Assembly: GCF_036365525.1 (NCBI RefSeq) | Contig: NC_090377.1 | Coordinates: 97,085,141-97,149,140, forward strand | Length of the DNA stretch: 64,000 bases | Direction of reading: 5' to 3' | Source of the DNA: Heterodontus francisci | Lineage: Eukaryota | Shown here: piece by piece, positions 25,361 to 37,254 of the stretch | Position numbering within the stretch: the first letter of the stretch is position 1 | How the letters are laid out: each line of letters begins with the position of its first letter | Translations under genes and position numbers: made by a program | The notes under the pieces: generated by a model | The model's database searches: none | What the model was told of the DNA's origin: nothing | Seen by the model: only the letters and a program-made list of their open reading frames with translations

Positions 25361-27241
25361 TGATTGAGATTATTTGGTCTATGGTTCAATTGTGGTCAGA
25401 TAGAAGAAAGATGGTGGACAGCCTGGTTCAGCTCAAGAGTAGTTCAAGTGGAAGGTTGCAATTGGTGGTCAGGTGCTAAAGATGATGGTTTAAGCTTTCC
25501 CACAGTTTAACTGAAAGAAAATTATACCTCATTCACAAATCTGGATATCTGACAAATTGTGTGACAACACAGAGGCAATGGAGAGATTGAAGGGAGTGAT
25601 GGGGATGTAGAACTGTGTATTGTCAGCACACATATGGATGTGTGCCGATGTCATTTGGATGGGGGAGTGGAGGTGGCAAAGAGATTTGTTTTGGAGTTTC
25701 CAGAGGTAACTGTTGGGAAGAGAGCTTTAGCTCTGGCTCATTTTGAATAAGCAAGTGTCACCAAGTGAAGATCATCCCATTTGAGCTGGACAATAGAGAA
25801 TAGGCATTGAAGGAGGATGAGAGATAATGCTCTACAGTTACAGTCAAGGAGGATGTTTTAGTTTGGTTCAGTGCTGTAACAGGGACAGAGATTTAAACAT
25901 GGAGTTGCAAGAAAGGGGTATAGATTTGGGAGGCAACGTTCAAGATCAGTGAAGAGGGAAGAGAGATTTGAGATTGGGTGATAGTTTGAAAGGATATGTG
26001 GATCGAAGGATACATTTCGAAAGTGGAAAAATCTGTAGAATGCCCTTGGTGTTGATGGAAATGAAATTGATTTTAAAAAAAAACGTTCTTTTAAAGTCCA
26101 GTAACTGGATTTAAGAATCAAGATCAGACACAAGAACCCAGTGGCACTGATTATTGTGTTCTCACATTTCAAAGTCCTAGTGTGGCACAGTTGACAATGC
26201 TACCAGTATTCTAAGTAAATAAATGTAGATAAGTAGATATCTTATGTTCTTATGTGGTTTGAACTATATAGAATAAAGGGCCCAGTGGGACTTAACTAGG
26301 CAGACGTGGGAACTACAAATGCCCTCCGTTACCAAGGTAGAGAGGGGAAAAAGTCGTCAAGAGTTTGTATCCTAAAACTTAGCCAGTCATCCCTTCCCCT
26401 TTTTAACTGGAATATATGCAGATACGATGGCCTTATGATTGAATAGCCTCTCAATACTCATTCCTGGACTTGCACATGAGAAATGGCCAAAATGCTGGAT
26501 GATTGCCAGTGCCCATAGAAACACATCCTAGTGTGAATAACTGGATTCAGTAGGGGAGGGAAAAGAATTTGAGGGGGAATGTTGTGTCTCCCAATATACT
26601 CAAATCTGGATTTTCTGTGATCTAAAGAGAAATCATGTATTCCATGAACTTGTGAACTACCCCCAAAAGAACACAGCAGATGCATCAATTAGTATTTCCA
26701 ACCTCATCTTAAAAGGAACTGAAAGTAACCATTCTTTTCAAAATGTTCTTTTATGGGATGAGCTGAAGAGGGGCATTACATGTAATCTTTGTAGGTTGTT
26801 TCCATCTGTTAGAAGCAGCATCCGCATTCACATCAATGTTTGGTGCCCTGGAGGCATGAGATTTTTCCATATGAGAAATTCCAAAAAAAGCTTCTATAAT
26901 GCACCCATTCCCATTTTTGTTTCAGGAATCTTCTGTGCTCAAGACTGTTAAGTTTCAATGGCATCAGGTCCCTCTTGCACAACCCAAAAGGCTCTGTAAG
27001 CTCCTTTGAATATTAATTGCTTAGGAGCATTGAAATACTTTGAAAATACTAAAGGAAGGCAATATCTAATTCAAGTACTTCCTCAGTTTACAATATCTGA
27101 AGCACTTTCACTCACTGGCTATGATTTATTTAGAAGAGTTTAGAGCTGCAAAGTCTGGTGGTATTTCTTTGCATGTGATAGACCAAACCTGTTCGCATAC
27201 ATTCATCATACAGACTACAGTAAATCAAGATAATGCCCTTT

Positions 27242-27368
27242 CTGATGAAGGGCCACTGACCTGAAACGCTAACTCTGTTCTCTCCACAGATGCTGCCAGA
27301 CCTGCTGAGTATTTCCAGCATTTCTTGTTTTTATTTCAGATTTCCAGCATCTGCAGTATTTTGCTTTT
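27242..27368 (+). mobile_element. Mini-PLE starting at the hammerhead core
   Basis: CTGATGA-AGGGCCACTGACCT-GAAAC then PLE tail; 14-bp duplication ATAAT(G/A)CCCTTTCT at 27230-27243 / 27369-27382. Confidence 0.85.
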
Positions 27369-28650
27369 ATAATACCCTTTCTAGCTTGTTAGCCAACATT
27401 TTAGCTCTTACAATCTGCATTGAAAATATAGGTCTTCACTACTTACATAGTGAAGGGTCTTTTACAAAAGAAATATTATATACAGTAGACAGTTTTTTCT
27501 GTAACTTGCGTTACAATCTGATTAAATTCTCACAATGGGAACTTCTATAAATTCAGAAGATCTCACTGATTTTTAACAGGGATTTCCTCTCAAAAATTAA
27601 CAGTCAAAGTGATGGAAGAACTACCCCATAAAACACCTTCCAGCTTTTTAAAAAAAAAAGCTTTAGTCCTTTTTATATTTTCCGACTTTATACTTATTAC
27701 CTTTAATTTATTATTGCAAACACTAGAATGAATTGGTTAGTCATCTTATTACTGTTTGTGAAAGGTTGCAGTACAGATTTACAGCATAACAGGAGTCACT
27801 GCAATCCAAAAATTAATTAATTGTGAAGCACTTTGAGATATTTCAGCACGATGAGGAATTTGCAGAATAGAATCATTAGTTAAAGCATAGGAGGAGGCCA
27901 GTCAGCCCATCAAGCCTATGCCGGCTCTCCAAGAGCAATTCAGCTAGTCCCTGACTGCCACCCTTTCCCTGTCGCCCTGCAATTTTTTCCCCTTCAGGTT
28001 CTTGTTCAGTTCCCTCAGCTTCTTCCCCACCGCCAGAACAGCTTACTTGTATGTAAGGTATACTATTTTGATTGTCATAGTTTTAAAAATTCTTGTACTT
28101 CACCCAGGAAACATACACACAACTTTCTATGTTTTAAATTTTCTGCATGAATTTAAGCATGATAAATGTCTAAATATTAATGGTGAGTAATGCTGAACTA
28201 GTCACTTTTCATAAATTTCGGTCGGCAGGTTTACTTTGGGTTCAGATTTCTCCAGCTCCTTCTTCCAGCACTATTGTTCTCTTTTGGGATATAATACCAC
28301 ATTCTTTAAGGGTCTAGATTCACCAAACTGTAGGAATCTTAGTTATTTATGGCACGGAAGGAGGCCATTGGGCCCATCGAGTCCATGACTGCTCCCCACA
28401 GAGCAATCCAGTCAGTCCCTCTCCCCTGCTCGATCTCCATAGCCCTACAAGTTTATTTCCTTCAAGTGGACATCCAATTTCCTTTTGAAATCATTGTCTT
28501 TGCTTCCACCACCCTCGTGGGCAGCAAGTTCCAGGTCATTGCCAGCCACTGCGTTTAAAAAAAAAAAAGTTCTCCCTCATAAAGACCCCTACATCTCTTG
28601 CCCAAAACCTTCAATCTGTGTCCCATAGTCTTTGTACCATTAGTTAATGG

Positions 28651-28990
28651 TGTTACAGCCACGTGGCGAGGGGTGTGGGTGATTCCCACTGTTCAACTCC
28701 CACCTGACCGCAGCAAGTGTTTTTTGTTATTCGGGTTTAACAACTTTGTGTTTTATTTGTCAAGTAAATAGACAGCAACAAGTTTTCTTGTAGTTTTAAA
28801 ACAGAAGATTAATTATTTGAGCAATATACCTTATCCTGAAATTGTCGCAGTTGCATCCAGTCACGCATTCCCTTGCGTGTATGTGTGCGCGCGCACACAT
28901 GAGACAGAGAGGAAAAGGGGTAAGTGGTTTTAAGTGGGGTAGGTTTCAGGGGTCACTGTGAATCTATTGAATTCTCTTGGAAGTCAAGTC
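28651..28990. mobile_element. Possible LTR fragment
   Basis: Starts abruptly with TGTTAC directly after a CR1 fragment; no second end or TSD found. Confidence 0.3.
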
Positions 28991-29639
28991 CAGTCCTATC
29001 AAATATGGAGCTACTCCTGTTTCTAGTACTGTCTAACATCACATTATGTACCTTATTCCTCTGTTCTACTTCTATATGCTGATGCCCATCCCCCTGCCAA
29101 TTCAGTTTAAACTAGGAGAGTGAATCTTCTCTCAATTCAGGATGTAAACATATAAGAAGCTAAGTATTCTTTTGAAATGAGGGACCTCAAATGACATGCT
29201 TATGCAACTGTTGAAAATCTCTCCGTGCACAAGTAATCAGGAACTCACAAATAGCTGTTAGCTTCTGCAAACAGCACATCACTCACAGTTGCTTGTTCAT
29301 CAAGGATTGTTTTCGTATTTTATATTGTGGAACTCTAGTACCATCCAGTAGTTAATCTTTCTCAAGAGATTATAGTGCTTAAGTTTTTTTTTTTCCTGCT
29401 GCTTTATCCCAGAGGTTGAACTTGGGCTTTGGTTTTTTTTTAACACCTTTCAGATATTCTACCCAATAGAACTACATATTTGCATAAATCCAATTTGACA
29501 TCTTGTGAAATGGGTTGTGACATGTCTCTCTTTGTCATGAAAGCTCATTCCATATGAGTTGGTCCGTTTTTATTATTACTGGAAAAAGATGAAGAATAAC
29601 AATAATACAGAATCAACAGCAGCATCAAATACAGGTATG

Positions 29640-29920
29640 AGCTCTGGCTCACTGGTAGCACTCTTGCTTCTGAGCCAGAAGGTTGTGGGCTCAAGTCCCA
29701 CTCTAGAGACTTGAGCACAAAATGTAGGCTGACACTGGCAGTACTGAGGGAATGTTGGAGGTGCTGTCTTTTAGTCATTAAACTGAGGTCCTCTCAAGGG
29801 AAAATTGCCCTATCTCGAAGAGGAGCTGTGGAATTTTCCAGTGTCCTGGCCAAAATTTATCTCTCAATCAACATCACTTAAATAGATTATCTGATTGTGT
29901 AACTCATTGCTGTTTGTGAA
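29640..29920 (+). mobile_element. tRNA-headed DeuSINE (SacSINE1-like), degraded
   Basis: tggctcactggtagc...gggctcaagtccc head followed by Deu-domain-like ttaaactgaggtcc...gtgtcctggccaa. Confidence 0.65.
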
Positions 29921-29944
29921 ACAGCAATTACTTGCATTTATATA

Positions 29945-30172
29945 AATGTGGAATTAAAAGCTAGTCTAATGGTGACCATTGTCAATTGTTGCAAAAACCC
30001 ATCTGGTTCAGTAATGTTCTTTTAGGGAAGAAAATCTGCCATCCTTACCTGGTCTGGCCTACATATGACTCCAGACCCACAGCAATGTTTCTGACTCTTA
30101 ACTGCCCTGTGAAATGGCCAACAATTGCTGACCTTGCCAGTGACGGCCACATCCCATGAATGAATTTTTTTT
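29945..30172 (+). mobile_element. Non-autonomous internal-deletion derivative (SINE-like) of the 53596-56762 LINE
   Basis: Matches 53720-53900 joined directly to the tail at 56708-56760. Confidence 0.8.
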
Positions 30173-30652
30173 TAAAAAGTGCCTGTAATGTAGTAAAACG
30201 TATCGGGTTGTTGAAACATTAACTCCGTTTTTTCCTTCGGATGCTGACCTGCATATTTTCAGCATTTTTGGTTTTTGCTTCAGATTTCCAGCATCATCAG
30301 TAGTTTGCTCTTAAGATATTAGGGTAGGTGACCTAAGAGCATTTTCAAGGTAGAAAGGTTGGGAATTCAAGAGTCCAGAGCCCAGGCAGCTGAAGGCACG
30401 ACTACCGAAGGTGGAGTGATTAAAATCAGGGATGGAGAAGCAGAGAACTCAGAGGAGCACAAAGATCTTGGAGGATTGTAGTGCTGGAGAAGGTTAGAGG
30501 TGAGGAGTGGGGCCAGGCCTTGGAGAGATTTGTAAACGAGGATGGGAATGTTAAAATTGAGACATTGGTGGACTGGGTACCAGTATAGGTCAGCGAGCTC
30601 TGGCGTGATGGATGAATGTGATTTGGGGCAAATCAAGATATGGGCAGCAGAG

Positions 30653-31600
30653 TCATAGAGTTACACAGCACAGAAACAGGCCCTTCGTGTCCGTGCTGGC
30701 CATCAAGCACCTATCTATTCTCGTCCCATTTTCCAGCACCTGGCCCGTAGCCTTGTATGGTGTGGTGTTTCAAGTGTTAATCTAAATACTTCGTAAATGT
30801 TGTCAGGGTTCCTGCCTCTGCTGCCCCTTTAGGCAGTGTGTTCCAGATTCCAACCACCATCTGGGTGAAAAAGATTTTCCTCAAATACCCTCTAAACCTA
30901 TGCCCCCTGGTTATTGACATCTCCGCTAAGGGAAAAAGTTATTCCTATCTATGCCCCTCATAATTTTGTATACCTCAATTAGGTCCCCCTTCAGCCTTCT
31001 CTGCTCTAAGGAAGACAACCCTAGCCTATCCAGTCTCTCTTCATAGCTGAAATGCTCCAGCCCAGGCAACATCCTGGTTAATCTCCTCTGCACCCTCTCC
31101 CGTGCAATCACATCCTTCCTATAGTGTGGTGCCCAGAACTGTAGAGGGTACTCCAGTTGTGGCCTAGCTAGCATTTTATACAGCTCCATCATAACCTCCC
31201 TGCTCTTATATTCTATGCCTCAGCTAATAAAGGCAAGTATCCCATATACCTTCCTAACCACCTTATCTACCTGTGCTGCTGCCTTCAGTGATCTATGGAC
31301 AAGTACACCAAGGTCCCTCTGTACTTCCTAGGGTCCTATCATTCATTGTATATTCCCTTGCCTTGTTGGTCCTCCCAAAATGCATCCCCTCACACTTCTC
31401 AGGATTAAATTCCATTTGCCACTGCTCTGCCCATCTATATTGTGCTGTAATCTAAGGCTTTCCTTCTCACTACTTACACACCACTAATTTTCGTATCCTC
31501 TACGAACTTACTGATCATACCTCCTATATTCACGTCTAAATCATTAATGTACACTAAAACAGCAACTGCAGTACACCACTGGTCGCAGGTTTCCAAGTGC
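30653..31600 (-). mobile_element. 5'-truncated CR1 inserted in an L2-like fragment
   Basis: RPQLEYPLQFWAPHYRKDV...LEQRRLKGDLIEVYKIM; host resumes at about 31953 (gcagcagag / ttttggatga). Confidence 0.85.
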
Positions 31601-31606
31601 AAAAAA

Positions 31607-31955
31607 GCTTTTTAAAGCTCTGCTCCCACTGTGTTCTCTCTCTCTGGTCTCCGGATCTGTTCATCGACTCTGTTCCTTTTTTGATGTGCTTTTTAAAGCT
31701 CTGTTTCCGCTGTGTTTTCTCTCTCTCTGGTCTCCGGATCTGTTCATCGACTCTGTTCCTTTTTGACGTGCTTTTTAGAGCTCTGCTTCCACTGTGTTTT
31801 CTCTCTCTGGTCTCCGGATCTGTTCATCGACTCTGTTCCTTTTTGACGCGCTTTTTAAAGCTCTACTTCCGCGCGCTCTCTCTCTCTGGTCTCCAACTCT
31901 GTTCCTTTTGGCGTGCTTTTTAAAGCTCTGCTCCTGCTGTGTTTTCTCTCTGGTT
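31607..31955. repeat. Minisatellite, about 81-bp unit, about 4.5 copies
   Basis: Units start GCTTTTTA(A/G)AGCTCT at 31607, 31688, 31770, 31850, 31915. Confidence 0.95.
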
Positions 31956-32329
31956 TTGGATGACCTTGAGTTTAGAGGCTGCAGGGTCAGAGGTTTGCCA
32001 GGAGATGACTGAGTCAAGTCGAGGTAAGAAATGCCTGAATGAGGGTTCGAGCAGATGAGCTTGGCTGTTTGCTATGTTACTTTCTGATGTGTAGTCACTA
32101 TTGTATCATTAGCTGGAAAGTGCTTTGGATTGTCCAAAGGTCATGAATGGGATTACGTAAATGCAAGTCATTCATTCTTTCAAAGTTGAGACTGTTTTGC
32201 AATTTATTTAATGATGACAATGTCTGCCTTTTCTGTTCTACATTTGTATTAAGTTAAACATTAGTATTTCATTTTGTACTTGCTCCTGGTATAAAAGGGA
32301 ACTAAATTTAATCATTTTTTAATCTGCAG

Positions 32330-32497
32330 ATTTCTTTTGAATTCCGTTCTTTGCTTCACTCTCAGCTTGCCACTGTTTTTTTTGATGAAGTTGTTAAGCA
32401 GATGGTAGCAGCATTTGAAAGAAGAGCAAAAAAAATGTATGGTCCGGAAACAAACATCCCACGAGAACTTATGCTTCACGAGGTGCATCACACGTAA
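32330..32497 (+). CDS. COQ10B: COQ10B last coding exon
   Basis: ctgcag| acceptor; [55 protein letters not shown], the COQ10B-type C-terminus. Not in the ORF track; translated by hand. Spliced CDS 708 bp = 235 aa. Confidence 0.97.
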   Translation: MSFEFRSLLHSQLATVFFDEVVKQMVAAFERRAKKMYGPETNIPRELMLHEVHHT

Positions 32498-32917
32498 ATA
32501 AAGGTTGGAAGGAACCGTTGTAGGTCCCCTTAAATTTGTATAATTTATTTATTAGTGTGGCCCATTTCCACTTCTGCAATTGTGGGAGTGACTTTCTTTA
32601 CCTACATGTATCACTTGATTTTATAATACAACACTGTAAATTTTTTGGAAAAGCTTTCTGGAAAAGTGTTACTACAGAAAATGCATTATATAGATGCAAG
32701 TATACATGTATATAAAGTGCAAATATTTCAGCTGTAACTAAATGTAATTTTTCCACATGTTGTGGTGCATTATTAAGCTGCACTGGCTACAATAACTTGT
32801 TTTAACCAGTGTAGATGGAGAAGGCAGCAAAGTTTCTAATTACATAGCTGTATTTTGGGCTGTTCAAGTAACATGAGCAGTGAGATTTTAGTGTCAAACA
32901 CTAATTCCATATTGTTA

Positions 32918-32923
32918 AATAAA
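32918..32923 (+). terminator. Candidate proximal polyadenylation signal of COQ10B
   Basis: AATAAA about 420 nt after the stop, followed by T-rich sequence. Confidence 0.5.
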
Positions 32924-34062
32924 ACATTTTAAAGGCTGACATTCTTTTTTAAAAAAACTATGCCTTAAATTATTTTTAGTCCCATCCCCCAGCTGAGAGT
33001 TGGGGGCCATCTGCAATTACAATAGCAACAATTTATGGAAATGGTTAGTCTCAATTACTGCTACTGTAAAGCAACAGCAGAGTAACCTAGTAACCATTTG
33101 TTTTTGAGATTAAAAATGATACCCAAATAAGCTTTCAGCCTTTCTCCTCTTTACCAGTTGCACAAAAAAAAGCAGCTTAACATTCTCCACTGTTTGCCAA
33201 TGAGAGATAAGTGCACCAAGGGTTTTTTGTTGTCCCTGTAACTTAACAGTTGTTTTAGTTCCCCTCTCTGACAGAGAGGAATAAGTAGTCTATTGTGGTA
33301 CAATGGTATTTTTCTGCACTCAGGCCTCCTGTACCACTAAGATCTCTTATTGAGCAAGTTGTCATGCCTTTATAAATAGTCTACAAGATAGCATAATTCT
33401 GTATTGCATAAGTTAAACCTTTGTACTGGTTACACTAATGCATGATGGTGTTGAGTCAGACCAGGAAAACTCATTCAATCATGGATGAAAAGTGTGTACA
33501 CCTCTAAGAACAACTGTGATGAAGTTGAAGTATTAAGTCCTCCTCAGGCACTGATAAAGTAAAAAATTCCTGCCTATTATATTTAGCTCCAGTTTGTATA
33601 ACTGGACAGTAAAATTATGCATATTCATAATTTAAAAAGTATCTACTTTTGATGTGCCTTGTGATTTCCCCCCAAACTTCCTATAAATTGTGAACGGTAG
33701 AAATATTGTGAACTACCTCCAAGCAGATTAAAGCATACTTCTGTAATAGAATATTTCCATCTTAGTGAAAAAATTAACACAAAGGAAATAACTTAAGTAC
33801 TTCAAAAATCAGGATTCTCAAATTTTGGGGGGGAGGAAGGGGGGAAGCTATGCATTGTATTGCAAACAGAAAATTTACATTTTGCATTGCTTGAAATGAA
33901 AAAGTAGTTTGGCAGTCAAGTTGATTGTCACTTATTTTTATTTAAATACCTACATACCTGTGATTTCAAAGGGCACAAATTAATGTTTCAATCTGTAAGA
34001 TCTTTGTAAAATGTATATACAGTTTTGGGGTATGTATGTGTAGTTAAATCTTGCCTCTGCTC

Positions 34063-34068
34063 AATAAA
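34063..34068 (+). terminator. Candidate distal polyadenylation signal of COQ10B
   Basis: AATAAA followed by CA sites and a GT/T-rich tract (gtgactgtct...ttttat); TGTA elements upstream. Confidence 0.55.
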
Positions 34069-34234
34069 CACAATTCCACTGTGACTGTCTCCACTTTTAT
34101 CAGCTGTCAGAATTGCATGTAATTCTTTACTGAGCAACTTGGAAAATTGGGTTAGTGCAGCACTTTACAGAACTGTTTCCTAAAACACAAACTACCCCAC
34201 AGAAGTCACAAAACAGGTATGATAACCATCTGCT

Positions 34235-34415
34235 TTTATTTATGGTAATGTTACATGATATCTTGTACTGCACTGGCTAGTATACAGATCGGAGTCTTGT
34301 TTTTCACAGAAAACCTGCCTTGATCATTTAGCCTGTTACTTAAAACTCATTGGTTTTATTGTATGTGGTTCACACATCCAGTACTTCAAGGAATGTACAA
34401 ATGTTGATTTTTATT
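34235..34415 (-). terminator. Cluster of candidate HSPD1 polyadenylation signals
   Basis: Three AATAAA on the - strand (plus-strand TTTATT at 34410-34415, 34355-34360, 34235-34240), 255-435 nt after the stop. Confidence 0.6.
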
Positions 34416-34669
34416 CAGAATATAAAATAAATTACAATTCTGAGCACTGACACTGAGGGGCAGTAAACAAGTTACTTATGAGATCCAGCACAGTCCAACT
34501 CGGCTCCACTAACTTAATTACAAGTTTTCAATAATAGAGCCTTTTTCCATAAAGCCTGGTTCATACTCATTCATCCTGTAGTCTTCACTATGGAAGCAGC
34601 CATTCAACTGAGACCATATTTAACATATCAGTCACCTTAGTTCATTGGAAAAGATCTGCAGCAGGGGAA

Positions 34670-34825
34670 TTAAAACATATCACCACCCATACCTGCACCA
34701 CCCATGCCACCCATACCCCCCATTCCTTGTGCCTTGTCATCCTTTGGGATTTCTGTAACTACAGCTTCTGCTGTTGCTAGGAGAGAGGCAACTCCAGCTG
34801 CATCCAGCAAAGCAGTCCTCACCAC
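34670..34825 (-). CDS. HSPD1: HSPD1 last coding exon (exon 12) with GGM tail
   Basis: [51 protein letters not shown]; ttgcag| acceptor. Confidence 0.98.
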   Translation of the reverse strand: MVRTALLDAAGVASLLATAEAVVTEIPKDDKAQGMGGMGGMGGAGMGGDMF

Positions 34826-35150
34826 CTGCAAGTGGAAAATATAACATTTTCAATTGTTGTACCATAGATCATATTTGAACTTGCAAGCAAACTGAAGACA
34901 TTGCCCTGGGGAACTTGTGCAGAATCATTTATTTTAAGGGTTTCTTTGGAGGGGGGAAATGGAGGGAGGTGACTTTACTCCCAACAGAATTAAAGTTGAT
35001 GAGTTCATTGTATTAAGTGACCAGAGCCAATTATGCATAGTCTGTACCTAAAAATAACTAATGCAATAAGCAATCATAACTGGATGGATTAGAAAAAAAA
35101 ATCTGGCAATCATAGGAAAACATTTACAATGCTATGAACTGGGTGTGTAC

Positions 35151-35329
35151 CTTTGTGGGATCAATAATTCCTTTTTCTACCATCTTCACAAACGCCCCAG
35201 CCATTGCATCATAGCCAATCTCCGGTGGACTCTGCAAGATCTTCTCCACAATTAGGCTTCCCTCAACGCCAGCATTTTTGACAATTGTAATAGCAGGTAT
35301 TTTCAGAGCTTTACTAACAATTTCAATTC
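35151..35329 (-). CDS. HSPD1: HSPD1 exon 11
   Basis: (G)[32 protein letters not shown]...[11 protein letters not shown]; 179 bp; AG/GT ends. Confidence 0.98.
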
Positions 35330-35457
35330 CTGTTGAAATTCAGAAGGTCAGCATGTAAAAATGTCCATTACTTTATCATGAACCCTCCACATAAATGTCT
35401 GAAAGTCATGGTTTACTACTCCATTCCAGCGTATAAAAGGCTTTGTTTAAACTTGAG

Positions 35458-35628
35458 CAATGTTCCCTTTAAGTTGCACATAAATGAGGAATATGCCAGA
35501 CAGGGAACAAACAGGCTGTGCATAATTAATGCTCCCTTTAAGATGCACACATGTGTATCAATCTTAAAGGGACCATGCAGTGCAAAAAGCCAGCTGTGCA
35601 CAGCAGACAGAAGCTGGAAGGAACATTG
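35458..35628. mobile_element. MITE with CAATGTTCC termini (hAT-like) in HSPD1 intron 10
   Basis: CAATGTTCCCTTTAA ... GGAACATTG; CTTGAG duplicated on both flanks; internal 12-bp IR 35533-35544 / 35561-35572. Confidence 0.75.
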
Positions 35629-35958
35629 CTTGAGTATTACCAAATGTAGGCAAGTGGTTTTACAAGTGTCTATCCAAAAGCAAAATGCTCCCACAGAAGT
35701 AAAAGCTCATGAAAATGTGCTTCCTTTTGGTGACAGTTATGTCAACATCTCCACTTACTGACTAGGCCACACACACACAAGTTGAAGCAGAACAGAAAAA
35801 CTGAAAGGATGTTTCACATTAAGGTAAAGCTACAACCTACAGTTCTCAAGTTCAAGTGTATGATAGAATGTTCCAGACAAGTCGTGCACAGGTATTTTGT
35901 TTTTATAAAAAGCAATTTGCAGCTACAAAAAACAAAAGGAAAAATAACTTCTGACTCA

Positions 35959-36138
<180 letters not shown>

Positions 36139-36736
36139 CTATATCCACAATTGAATAGTTAGTTCAATGTAATTGGAAGTATAAAATTAATATTTGCAAT
36201 GCCACTTCTGTCACATATGTAAATAAGACACAAAACCAACTGCAGACTCTGCAGGTCCACAAATGGCACTGAAAGAAAAGCAGCTTCTTTATTAAGATGT
36301 GTCTTTGACACTTTGTTATCAACTGAAAGCAGAATCATGAATTTGCCCACCCCCCTGCCCCTTAAAGGAAGCTGAAATGTAGCCAGGGTTAAGAAAAGGA
36401 ATACTCCAGCAGAAGTTAGTTAACTGCTAAGTGTCATTTGAATTCAGGGAGTGGAAACAATATTACTGTTGCAGGAACATGCCATTATTAGAAGATTTAA
36501 GTAGACAGCGCTTTTTAGGGTTAGCCATTCTCCAGCCACATTTTGTAACCATGTTGGACTGCCCATTCCCAATAACTAATCTTGGGTTAAAGACAGTTGA
36601 AATTCCCATTCTTTTTGGTATTAGTTCGACTGTGATGAGCACTAAGCCAACTTAAAGTCAATCCAAATCCAATTTTCATATCAATATACACACACTGTTT
36701 GTGCCCACAAATTGCATAAGTCTACAACTTATTTAC

Positions 36737-36982
36737 CTTCAACACTGCCACACCATCTGATAGTTTGGCCAGCCTTTCATTTAGCTTTTCCTTCTCATAT
36801 TCACTCGTCGTAACTTCTGACATTTCCACAATTTCCTGAACGCGCTTTTCAATCGCAGTCTTGTCACCCTTGCCTTTCAACAGCATAGTGTCATCTTTGG
36901 TGACTACAACTTCGCCGACTTTACCAAAGTCATGGGCCTGGATATCATCCACATTCAGCCCAAGTGCTTCATCCCCAAATAC
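36737..36982 (-). CDS. HSPD1: HSPD1 exon 9
   Basis: [32 protein letters not shown]...[18 protein letters not shown]; 246 bp. Confidence 0.98.
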
Positions 36983-37254
36983 CTACAAAAGTTTGCACAG
37001 TTAGACATATGAAATTTTTGTTATGATCTATTTGCACAAAAACCTTTGTAATTCAAGGTAAATCTATTACTCAAATCTTACAGCTGACAAGTCTCATTGA
37101 AAACCAGTCTTCAAAAATACCAAATTTAAATGACTTTCCTCAATTTGTAGACAGTTCAGTTGGTTGTGATGAGTTGAAGTGAATGTATCAAGCAGATACA
37201 AGTACAAACAACAAATATGGAAAAAAAAGGATTTAAAAGTTTAAATTATACTCC

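Noticed and set aside
31607-31955. Regular repeat array that could be mistaken for CRISPR
   Set aside because: Whole units repeat with no unique spacers, there are no cas genes, and the context is a vertebrate intron.
35270-35300. HSPD1 TIVKNAG instead of mammalian TIAKNAG
   Set aside because: Conservative change at a position where bacterial GroEL also has Val; not evidence of altered function.
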